DNA from: Octopus vulgaris
Taxonomy: Eukaryota
Direction of reading: 5' to 3'
NCBI GenBank assembly: GCA_951406725.2
Contig: OX597819.1
Location: 30,814,001-30,878,000 of the forward strand
Length of the DNA stretch: 64,000 nucleotides
Under the pieces are notes generated by a model. That model searched no databases. It saw only the letters and a program-made list of their open reading frames with translations, and was not told the DNA's origin. This document shows positions 53,323 to 64,000 of the stretch, one piece after another; position 1 is the stretch's first letter, and every line of letters begins with the position of its first letter. The position numbers were made by a program, and so were the translations under genes.

Positions 53323-53743
53323 CTGAATCAGAAAAGAGAAAAACTTTGGTGAAGACAAGAATTTTTTTTAAAAAAAGGCATGAAAGAAAGAAAAAAAATT
53401 AAATAAGCTTCATTTTTATATTTGGTTGACAAGATTCTTGAGGTAAATTTGTGTGTTGAAACCAAATTATGTGTCTTGGGAAGGTCGTTATGCCAATAAT
53501 AATAACACGTGCAAAAGAGCAAAAAACATTTCAACTGGGAATCTGATAGGGAGAGCAACACTGGGCAAATATGGTGTTTTGCACCTTTTACCATAAGAGA
53601 CAATTTTTTTTTTCCCATGGTAACTACAATGAATTAGTTTTTTCTGAAGTTGAAATATTTCACAAACATATTCTAATTAACCTAAAGGTTGCCTTTGTCT
53701 AAACACTGCTTGGTGCTGATACTGCTGTGTATGAAAACATACA

Positions 53744-54312
53744 TATTGGGTCATCTGGAAAGTCCATGCCAGTTTTTAAAGGAAAGAAAAAGGTCAATAA
53801 ATACTTGCCATTACATTTCTAATCAACCAAATATGAACCATTTTGTTGCACAATGCATCTACATCTTTCCTTTGACTTGAAAATACCCTCTTCCCAGAAT
53901 TGAGGTGGTTTCATGGCAAAGAATTCATCAAGGTATCTTTTTATGTCATCCAAGGCAGTGAAATTTTAACCATTAAGACTATTCTGCAGAGACCTGAATA
54001 AGTGGAAATCGGAAGGAGCAATATCTGGTGAATATGGAGGGTGGGGTAACACATCCCAGCCGAGCTGCAGCAATATTTGTGTGGTTCCCAAAGCATCAAG
54101 TGCCGAAAATGAACTTTCTTATCTTCCATTTCAAAGGGTTACAGAATTAACACAGGTTATAGGAACATAAACCTTCTTCCATGAAAAGATAGCTTAAACT
54201 GTGCTCTAAATGGAAGTGTAGTCAAATCCTATTTTATGGACTCAACCATGTTCTAAAATAAGTTGAAAGGTAAGCTACTATAAATCGACACAAACTTTTC
54301 AGACAACCCAAT
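53744..54312 (-). mobile_element. Internally deleted mariner element
   Basis: TIRs tattgggtcatctggaaag / cttttcagacaacccaata; MEDKKVHFRHLML and HPPYSPDIAPSDFHLFRSLQN. Confidence 0.8.
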
Positions 54313-54318
54313 ACATAC

Positions 54319-54387
54319 ATATGTACGCAAGTGAGTTTGCAGGGATATATTATCCACGACGGTACCATGTTTGCTCTCTTTCTTCAT
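54319..54387 (-). CDS. Candidate initiating coding exon of the ABR/BCR gene
   Basis: ATG at 54387, MKKESKHGTVVDNISLQTHLRTY, phase-0 gtatgt donor matching the next exon; in-frame TAA just upstream; non-repetitive sequence; no homology support. Confidence 0.4.
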
Positions 54388-55964
54388 CCAGTTTTAATCT
54401 GAAGCGACCTAAGGTACAGATCTTGGTGAAAATGCACTGACAATATTGCTAAGTTGCATCTGCAACAGTGTACAGTCGTTGCAGTGGAAACACACGTAGA
54501 TCATGGTAATATGCTATAAATAACTGTAAAATCAACCATCGATGTGCAAATCTCCATTCTCCTTATTATTAATGTTTTATATATGTATAGACACAGACAC
54601 ACACATGTATGTTTGTATGGGGGGGGGGTGCATGTGTGGCTGTTCATTCCCAGTCTTCCATGAAAACAGGTCCAGTTATAGGAAATATTACTTTGCTTCG
54701 AAGCAGATGAGGGTCAGTAACAGGAAGGGCATCAGACCATAGAAAATCTGCCTCAACAAATTCTGTTTAACCGAAGCAGGCTGGAAAAAGTGGACATTAA
54801 ATGATGATGATGATGATATAACAGCTACTAGCCCAAATTGTGCTAATAGTTGAGAGACAGACATGATTGAAGAAAATAAAGAGCGAATGACAGGCCATAA
54901 AAAAACCCTAGCAGAAAGACAACACATACATACATACATATATATAACTATACATACACACACATATGCAAGTATGTGTGTGTGCATGCATGTGTGAGGG
55001 CAGGTGCAATGAATTAAAAAATCCAAACTCAGCTCAACAAAATAATGAGGACATCACACACACACACACACACACACACTGATACTATTATATAAAAAAA
55101 AGTAGACAACACCATTAACCCAATTATACATACATATATACATAAAAATATATGTACACACATACATATGCACACAGAGTTTATACCTTGTGAATATTGA
55201 CAAGTAAAAAAAAAGAAGGACAATTCATAAGATTCCAAGAAATAAACAGAGAGCATAAAGAACTAGCATGGAAGGGGGAACACACCAGGAACACATCATC
55301 AATAAGGTCACAGGCTGTAATGAAAAGAACTCTGACAAACAAATTAATCAATTAATTAACTGATAGCAAAATTGAATTGAAAAAGAACGAATGCATGTAT
55401 TTTGTTATGGTACAATTTTTCCTTAAAAACAACAATAGGTTTCAACTAACAATTTTATGTGAAAAAATATCTTGTATTCAACTGATTGTCCAGCAAATAT
55501 GAGCAGATAGATCAGGTATTCTGATTTACAAAATTAAGAATAAAGTACTCAATACATATTAAGATGTAAAGTATATACATATATTAGTATATAAATTCTG
55601 TAGGTGAGCTTATCTGTTTCAATTCACTCTTAGAACCTTACTGATCAAATGCGGAAAACTATTGTGCTGGCTTTTGCATTTCTTATATATTCAATATAGA
55701 TTAGCAAAAACAACCAAAAAAGCTAAAAGGAAAATACACAATCTCACGAACACATGTCTGAGCGTGCGCATGCGCACACACACAGAGACATGCACACAGA
55801 CACACACACATACATGATGGGTTTCTTTCAGTTTCCATCTAGCAAATTCAACAAGGCTGCACTCAAATGACTGAAACAAGTAAAACAATAAAGAAAATAC
55901 ACCACTTTAACCCTGAGGAAGGCCGGCTATTGCTGCTAGTATATATATATAATATGTATGTATG

Positions 55965-56002
<38 letters not shown>

Positions 56003-56079
56003 GTATATATATAAAATATGTGTATATATATATATATAGATAAAATGTGTATATATACATTTATATATATATATACGTA

Positions 56080-56120
<41 letters not shown>

Positions 56121-56123
<3 letters not shown>

Positions 56124-56270
56124 AGAGTAAACACATAAATGTGAAACAAGGTGGAAATAGTACTCGAATACCAGTGGTAGAGTAATATGCTTTATTTAAA
56201 GCAGCAGAAAATTCAACAAAACCTGTTACTCTGAGTTTCATGTTTCCGTTTGTCAGACAGTTTTTGCTAG
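56121..56270 (-). mobile_element. Penelope-type terminal fragment with decayed hammerhead
   Basis: Minus strand CUGU-CUGACAA-ACG(GAAA)CAU-GAAA-CU(CAG)AG-UA-ACAG at 56223-56260; adjacent to (TA)n. Confidence 0.45.
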
Positions 56271-56461
56271 AATAGAACCGATATGTCAATTCTATCCAGA
56301 CTAGTATAAATGCTACACCTTTAAAAATGGACTTGTTTGATTGGTCCTTTAATGCATTTTAACATTTTAATTTCAATTTCCATGTATTAATTATATTTCC
56401 TTTATTAATGACAATATGTATTTTATTCAATGTAAGGTTTTTTCCTAGAATTTTATAATTT

Positions 56462-56505
<44 letters not shown>

Positions 56506-56599
56506 AGCTCATTTTTGTTTATCGCTTGAAAATTGACCATTATGAAACTGTATCTGAAGTTTGTTAGGAAATCGTTCCTAACAAACTTCAAATACAAAC

Positions 56600-56830
56600 C
56601 CAGATGACTGCGCTGGTACAGTCATGTGTTACGTATGGATGAGGACAGCTGTGTGAGAAAGTTCCACACCCTAACTGTGGAAGGGACCTGTGGAAGAGGT
56701 AGACTCAGGAAGACCTGGGATGAGGTGGTGAAGTATGACCTTCAAACGTTGGCCCACACAGAGGCAATGTCAGGAGACCAAGACCTTTGGAGATATGCTG
56801 TGATTCAGAAGACCCAGCAACTAAAGTGAG
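56600..56830 (+). mobile_element. RTE LINE 3' coding fragment joined to a family B tail
   Basis: LRWYSHVLRMDEDSCVRK...GRGRLRKTWDEVVKYDL. Confidence 0.75.
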
Positions 56831-58139
56831 ATCGCAGCCATGGCCAATGCCAGTGTTGCATGTCTGGCCCATTTATAACTAACCTCAATGCGTCAGGCGA
56901 TATGATATGCTTGAGAAGACCTGTTGAGTCAAGTAAAACTAAAATCATAGCTGTGGCCAGTGTCCCAACTGGCTCCCATGCCAGTGGCATGTAAAATGCA
57001 CCATCTGAACATGGTTGATGCCAGGTCCACCTGACTGACTCCTGTGCTGGTGGCCCATCTGAACGTTGTCAATGCCAGTGCCTCTTGACTGGCTCCCATG
57101 CCAGTGGCACATAAAAAGCACTATCCAACCATGACTGATGCCAGGGCCACCTGACTGGCTCCTGTATCGGTGGCACATAAAAAGCACTCACTACACTCAG
57201 AGTGGTTGGAGTTAGGAAGGGCATCCAGCTGTAGAAACATTGCTAGATCAGATTGGAGCCTGGTGCAGCCACTAGCTTCTCAGACTTCAGTCAAACCGTT
57301 CATCCCCTACCAGCATGGAAAATGGCTGTTAAACAATGATGATGATGTGTGTGTGTGTGTGTGTATATATGCATGCATGTACATGTGTGTGTGTGTGTGT
57401 ATGTATGTTTTAGTATGTACATATTTGTACCTATGTAAAACAATTTGAAGAAAACAAAATATTATTTCAACCCTACTCCCCTAATATCTCTAATCAGATC
57501 TACATTACTTATAGAATATGAAAAAAATCCTTTAAAACACAATTACTTGTTCTCAGATTTATGTCACAAAATTCAAATAACATTTAATGTTTTAAGTGAC
57601 TATTCTTTAATTTAGGTCAGTAACAAGACATAGCATATTCAGGATGTTAAATTGTGCGTATCAGCTTCTGGGAAAAGGGTGCAGGAATGACAATGAAATA
57701 ATATTAAGCATCAAAATGCATTGAAATTACATCAGACATTAAAATTATGTGAAATAACTTTATCAAGTCTAATAATAGAGACAATAAAAGGCAGATGTAC
57801 AGTTAGTATTTATATTGAACTTTAAAAGCCCAGAGAGATTTCTCTGAGTGAGGAAGAATCAAGGACTGATAGAGAAAGGTAGAAGCACAGTTAATTATTG
57901 CTAAGGAGACGTTAAGTAAACATTCAGATCACAGAGGGAAGGGTGGTTGCTTCATATTTCTATTGAACCAGATTTCCTAAACCAGACAAGTTGAGTAGAA
58001 AGTGAAAGCTTAATCTAAATTCGTAGACTCATTTCTCACAGCCAAGTCTGAATTTTCATATGCCATAAATAAAATTATATACAAACTATTAGACTATTTA
58101 AACATGTCAAGTAATAATTTTAGTTCCGAAACACATCTC

Positions 58140-58345
58140 AAGCATGCTCTAAAATACATCGCCAGTGATTTCTGGGGTCCCAGGAGGTTTCCGATCTTTC
58201 ACCGTCAGACTCATCCTCACCCAGTTGACTCATCCAGGGTTGATCAAGTCCCAGATTGCATCCAAGCAGTAGCAAAGCACTGGTCTTCCTTTTTTTATCC
58301 AAAGCCATTAAGTGGCCTTCACTGCAGCTTCAGTTGTTTGTTCCT
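58140..58345 (-). mobile_element. HERO/R2-like non-LTR 3' end fragment
   Basis: EAAVKAT*WLWIKKG followed by gatcaaccctggatgagtcaactgggtgagg, resembling my recollection of HERO 3' ends. Confidence 0.5.
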
Positions 58346-59086
58346 TTTTGAGCCATGCCTGGCTCAAAAGGGCTGGTTTCCCGGTTTCTTGGCATATAGG
58401 TTCCCCGGTTTCTTGGCATATAGGCTCCCCACCTGGACGAGACACCGGTCCGTCGCAGGTGAGCTGCAAGATACAGGAGGAAAGAGTGAGAGAAAGTTGT
58501 GGCGAAAGAGTCAGCAGAAGTTCGCCATTACCTTCTGCCAGAGCCGCGTGGAGCTTAGGTGTTTCACTCATAAACACACACATCGTCTGGTCTGAGATTC
58601 GAACCCACGATCCCTCAACCACGAGTCTGCTGCTCTAATCACTAGGCCATGTGCCTTCACGTGCAGTTTCAGTAATGGTATTTATAGCCATTTGGTCATG
58701 TCTCTAAAAAATATGTACATCATAATAAGGTAGAAATGACTCTTAGCATCCCCCAGATGGAACAAAACTTAAGACATACAGGTTTATTTTGAGAAATTTG
58801 TTGGTTCCATCAGAAATATGTCAGCACAAACAGTAGTCAAGAAAGCTGAATACAATGTAGGAAAAATGTCACTATTAACATTATTTAGTAAATGTAGTCA
58901 TAAGAGAACTGATGATTTCTATGGATGTTCAGTTCTTGATTTCTGTCAGTAGTGAGATTAGAACAGATCTTCATATAGAGAAGGGTGGTCATTATCTTTT
59001 CCTTATAGAACTATGCCACTAGTAGAGAATTATTCAGATTTATATGGAAGGATGGTGATATTAATTGGAGAAATAGTTTGAATGCA

Positions 59087-59312
59087 TTAACCCTTTAGTA
59101 TTTAAACCGGCCATATCCGGCCAAAATAGTTAATCTGTTTTACGTTCAAACTGACCAATCCAGGCTCTCACACCTACCCTACAATGTTATTCTACATTAA
59201 GTAATCACACCATCAAGATCTTGAAGATATGAGATAATGCATGATTAATTCAAATCAATGGGAATCAACAGGCATTATGTTTGATAGAATAATCTGAACG
59301 CTAAAGGGTTAA
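59087..59312. mobile_element. TTAA-flanked MITE, family 2
   Basis: ttaa-ccctttag ... ctaaaggg-ttaa. Confidence 0.8.
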
Positions 59313-59482
59313 AACAGCAACATTAGTAGGAGATGTGTGCCAACCAATGAAGTTAGAAACAATAACTAGAAAAGAATTCTTCATATATGTACGGAACATT
59401 ATTTAGAGAGAGATCATCAATGCAATAACATAAAGACAAGAAGTGACAACATTAGTAGCAATAACTAACGTAACCTGATATA

Positions 59483-60386
59483 TACGAGGAGGTACCCAAA
59501 GGTAACTGGAAGCGTTCTCTGTGGGACAAGCTCGTTGTTGTTCAGGCTTCTGCCACTAGAAGTCACTTAATGCACCCCTCCGGCATCAGTGTGCTGACCA
59601 GCGTCATCCTATCAAGTTGTACTGCCACACGATGCATCATTGTTTTGCAGTACTTCTCCCCTGTTTGTCATTTTGTTGCAATGGCTGAAACAAAGGAACA
59701 GTGTGCTTCTGTGAAATTTTGTATTCTGCTACAGAAAACGGTGGCCAAAACAGTTGTCATACTTCAGACAGCTACCATGAGCAGAATACAAGTTTACAAG
59801 TGGTTTCAATGCTTTAGGAATGGTCACTTATCACTTGAAAACCAACCTCATCCAGGGTGACCGTCAATCCCCCGCATGAATGAAAATATCACGAAAATGC
59901 ATGAACTGATGTTGGAGAACCATCACCAAACAATTGATAAACTTGTTGATATGACCAGTGTGTCTTGTAGCTCCTGCCAACGAATTTTGAATGAGGAATT
60001 GCAAATGAAAAGAGTTACAGCAAAATTTGTGCCTCACTTGCTCACAGATCAAAAGCAGTCACGACTGAATGCATGACTCCACTTACCCACCCTCCCTATT
60101 TACATGAGCTTGCTCCCTGTGACATTTTTTTGTTTCTCCAAATGACAAAAGTTCTTAAAGGAAAACGTTTTGCAAAGGTGGATGAGGTGAAGAAAGAAAT
60201 GATGGAGGCATTAAAAGGCATCACTTTGCAGAGTTCTAGGACTACTTTGAACAACGGGAAAACGCACCTGGACTGATGCATTGCTTCAAATGGAGAATAC
60301 TTTGAAGGCAATAAAAGTAAACATATAAAACTAAGTGAATAAAATAATGTTGCAAAATTCTGGTTTCTTTTGGGTACCCCGTCATA
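59483..60386 (+). mobile_element. Degenerate mariner element (irritans-like), internally deleted
   Basis: TIRs tacgaggaggtacccaaa / tttgggtaccccgtcata; EQCASVKFC, KRVTAKFVPHLLT, HPPYLHELAPCDIFLF. Confidence 0.85.
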
Positions 60387-60984
60387 GTTAACAAAATTAG
60401 CAGTAAAGACTTAACCAGAAGGTTGTTTACAGAAAGACAAATGTAATAAATATTTAGTTTGTTTAAGAGTTCTAGAGGAGGAACAAATGAAGCAGTCCTA
60501 TACCATTCAAAGAAAATATTTCAGTTCCTCAAAGAAATACTCAGTTCAACAGGAAAAACCAACTATTTCAGTAGTGTGAGACATGATTTAGCTAATAAAT
60601 AGAGAGGGAGATATATATATTTATTATATTTTGGGATGGTCTTTTTTTTTTCTTGCCAATTAAAACACATACACGCTATATATATTCATTCTTCACTTGT
60701 TTATTATTGTTTTTGTTTTATCTCATGGCCATTATCTGAAAATCTTTTATCAAACATCAGTGACCTCTTCAGCAGCTCTTCCATCCACATGTATCCTCCT
60801 GTTCTGTTTAGTCCATTCCGTCTTTATGTACATATATGTAGAAATCATGAAATCAGGGGGTGTGAGGGGTGAAAATAGATTAATTTTTCCATACAGCTTC
60901 CATATGATTACAGCCATTACATAGCCTTCTTCTTGTAGCATCATAAATTTTAGAAAGCAAAATTATACATTCAAGTTTGTCAAT

Positions 60985-61390
60985 CAAGTGGCTGTGTGGT
61001 AAGTAGCTTCCTTACCAACCACATGGTTCTAGGATCAGTCCCAATTGCGTGGCACCTTGGGCAAGTGCCTTCTACTATAGCCTCAGGCCCACCAAAGCCT
61101 TGTGAGTGGATTTGGTAGACGGAAACTGAAAGAAGCCCGTCATATATATGTATATATATATATATGTTTGTGTGTCTGTGTTTGTCCCCCCCCCCCCCCA
61201 CATCGCTTGACAACCGATAATGGTGTGTTTACATCCCCGTAACTTAGCGGTTCGGCAAAAGAGACCAATAGAATAAGTACTAGGCTTACAAAGAATAAAT
61301 CCTGGGGTCGATTTGCTCAACTAAAGGTGGTGCTCCAGCATGGCCGCAGTCAAATGACTGAAACAAGTAAAAGAGAGTAAAGAGAGTAAT
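60985..61390 (+). mobile_element. SINE family A copy
   Basis: Colinear with 16720-17250. Confidence 0.85.
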
Positions 61391-62164
61391 CAGTCTTATT
61401 CAGAATTACTGTCCTCCAAGAGAAGCTGGAGGACTAAATCTTGCTCAAACATTTCATCTTTGATTTGGCTTCTATGACTGGATGCTCTTCCTAACACTAA
61501 ACACTTACACAATATATTACATGCATTTTATCATGGCACCTGCACTAGAGATGCTGCCATGTTTTAGGTAAGACTGAAAAAAATCCTCTCCACCCTAGTG
61601 TCCCGACTCATTTACTAACTACTTCACAGAGTATACTTGGTGCATTTTTCCATATCAGTAGCACTACAAATCTTATGTTGTCTCTTCTCTCTCTCTTTTT
61701 CTTCATATAAATACATAAATTAATACTATCTCACCATTCTACTTTTATTTTTTATTTTATTTTTTACTATTTTTTAAACATTTTAAATTTTTGAAAAATT
61801 ACTTTAAATTTATCCTTTTCTTTTTCATCTGAACAAAATATATAATACAACACTTTCAGTAGTTGATGTTCCATGAGTGAAGTAAAATGGATGAGTTTAT
61901 CTTAGGATAAATACTAAAATAGTGTATGCGTGATGTGTGTGTGGGAGGGTGTACGTTCTATCCAATAAAATTGTTATAAAAATGTCAACAACAAAGGAGT
62001 CTTGATCTGCTATAAAATGCAGCCGTTCATCATCATTTGTCACTGTACTGTCTTAAAAAAAAAAGTAAATGTAGATCAAGGTGCTCAATACCTGAAAAAG
62101 AAAATGGGATTGCCATGGCTGGAATGTCTCCAATCATATATCATATGTTCAGTTGATAAGGGCT

Positions 62165-62432
62165 GAACAACAACAACAACGAATATTGTTAACAATAGCA
62201 ATTATAACAGTATTGATGACAGCAATATAATAGCAATGGCAACAGCAATAACAGCGATGACAACAACGATGACAGCCATGAAGGCAGCAATAACACTGAC
62301 AACATCAATGATGACAACAGCGACAGTGATGACAGCAATGTTGATAACAATGATGACAGTTGTAATGACCGTGATGACAGCTTTGAAAACAGCAAAGACA
62401 ATAATGATGACAGTAATAATGATGATGTTGAT
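62165..62432. repeat. Degenerate trinucleotide low-complexity tract (ACA/ATG/GCA)
   Basis: Direct reading. Confidence 0.85.
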
Positions 62433-62644
62433 GTTTAACAAGTGTTTACTTTTTTCCAATTTATCTATCATGTTTAAAAGCTGAGAAAGTATACCCCTCA
62501 CATTAAAAACTAAATTTACACACTTAACTTAGTTTGATAACTGAAGTTACCCCATACACTTATGATTTATTTGATTATCACCTATATTATCTATTGACTT
62601 TAGTTTTGTAAATAACAAACTGTAGAAAAACTGATAGAGTATAT

Positions 62645-63130
62645 ATATTTCTTTATTGCCCACAGGGAGCTAAACATAAGAGAGGACAAACAAGGACAGA
62701 CAAAGGGATTAAGTCGATTACATCGACCCCAGTGCGAAACTGGTACTTTATTTATCGACCCCAAAAGGATGAAAAGCAAAGTCGACCTCAAGGGGCTGAA
62801 CATAGAGGGGACAAACAAGGACAGACAAAGGGATTAAGTCGATTACATCGACCCCAGTGCGAAACTGGTACTTTATTTATCGACCCCAAAAGGATGAAAG
62901 GCAAAGTCGACCTCAAGGGGCTGAACATAGAGGGGACAAACAAGGACAGACAAAGGGATTAAGTCGATTACATCGACCCCAGTGCGAAACTGGTACTTTA
63001 TTTATCGACCCTGAAAGGATGAAAGGCAAAGTCGACCTCGGCGGAATTTGAACTCAGAACGTAACGCCAGACAAAATACCACTAAGCATTTCGCCTAGTG
63101 CACTAGTGTTTCTGCCAGCTCGCCACCAAA
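62645..63130 (-). mobile_element. SINE family C with a 125-bp unit repeated three times
   Basis: Period 125 (62732 to 62857 to 62982). Confidence 0.85.
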
Positions 63131-63474
63131 ACTGATAAAGTATATAATAACCGAAATAGATTTTCAGAATGCTGCTCATGATATACTCATTTTTTTCATG
63201 ACAGTCCTGAAGTAAAGTTTGTGGAATACTAATTCCACTGGTTATGAGATCAAATCTTAGTATAGCCAATATTTTAGGTTCTAAGCACTGGTACCTAGTA
63301 TTACTTTGTTCAGTCTGTCTGACAAACAGCTGCTTCCACTAGTTGAGTAGCTAGCGACTAAAAGATACACAGCTGTAGAAGTAATCACACCAACAAAAGG
63401 GAATATTGAAAGTGCACAAAAGATATCACACACATGACAGCCTGTGAATATATATATGTATGTATGTATGTATG

Positions 63475-63519
<45 letters not shown>

Positions 63520-63582
63520 ATATTTCGGAATGGTCATATTGCCAGTTTAGCCAATAAATCTTGCACAACAAATATTTAAACG

Positions 63583-63613
<31 letters not shown>

Positions 63614-64000
63614 GTATGTATATATATACATATACATACATATATATATATGTATTTTTCCTTGGGGCTGGCCTGATCGGAGCGATCTCAAGATTAATCA
63701 GCCGAAATTGCGAGGATGATCCGGTTCTTGACTGAAGATTAGAGGCTTCGAATGACCCGTCCGTTTTTTGTGTCCTCTATTTGAATGTTTTGCGTTCTTG
63801 TCCCATTTTGTATTTTTATATATATTTTTTATATATATTTTTTATACATGTATTTATATATGTATATGTATATACATATGTATATATATGTATATATATG
63901 TGTATATATGTGTGTACATACATGTGCATATATATGTGTGCATATATATGTGTATATACATGTATATATCATCATCGTTTAACGTCCATTTTCCGTGCTA

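Noticed and set aside
58104-58638. 163-aa and overlapping ORFs
   Set aside because: Composite of a non-LTR 3' end and an antisense SINE.
62189-62501. Thr/Met-, Ile/Val- or Leu/Ser-rich ORFs
   Set aside because: Degenerate trinucleotide repeat open in several frames, with no splice support.
62645-63050. CRISPR-like array
   Set aside because: Contiguous 125-bp tandem units of a SINE with no unique spacers, in eukaryotic context; the same applies to family B internal units.
63661-63730. GGCUG...CAGCC-GAAA as a hammerhead
   Set aside because: No CUGANGA upstream of the stem and no stem I; the truncated ctgagga at 55913 was rejected for similar incompleteness.

Overview
AT-rich, microsatellite- and SINE-dense eukaryotic DNA; the repeat families suggest an octopus (coleoid cephalopod) genome, which is an inference. 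One minus-strand gene spans most of the window: a BCR/ABR-family RhoGEF(DH)-PH-C2-RhoGAP gene. I traced 22 phase-consistent GT-AG coding exons by hand between 53322 and the TGA at 3982 (2277 nt, about 758 aa), plus a candidate ATG exon at 54319-54387. The introns hold several tRNA-derived SINE families, RTE, R4/Dong, HERO and Penelope retroelement remnants, Tc1/mariner fragments and TTAA-flanked MITEs. The most interesting signal is a set of minimal type-I hammerhead ribozyme motifs (CUGANGA-stem II-GAAA-short palindromic stem III-NUH). The best is a tandem pair at 35618-35999 that would release a self-complementary 341-nt retrozyme-like RNA. Another sits in a tRNA-headed SINE with a target-site duplication, and others lie in long fold-back palindromes up to 1.14 kb. 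All coordinates and alignments were read by eye; no searches or folding were run.
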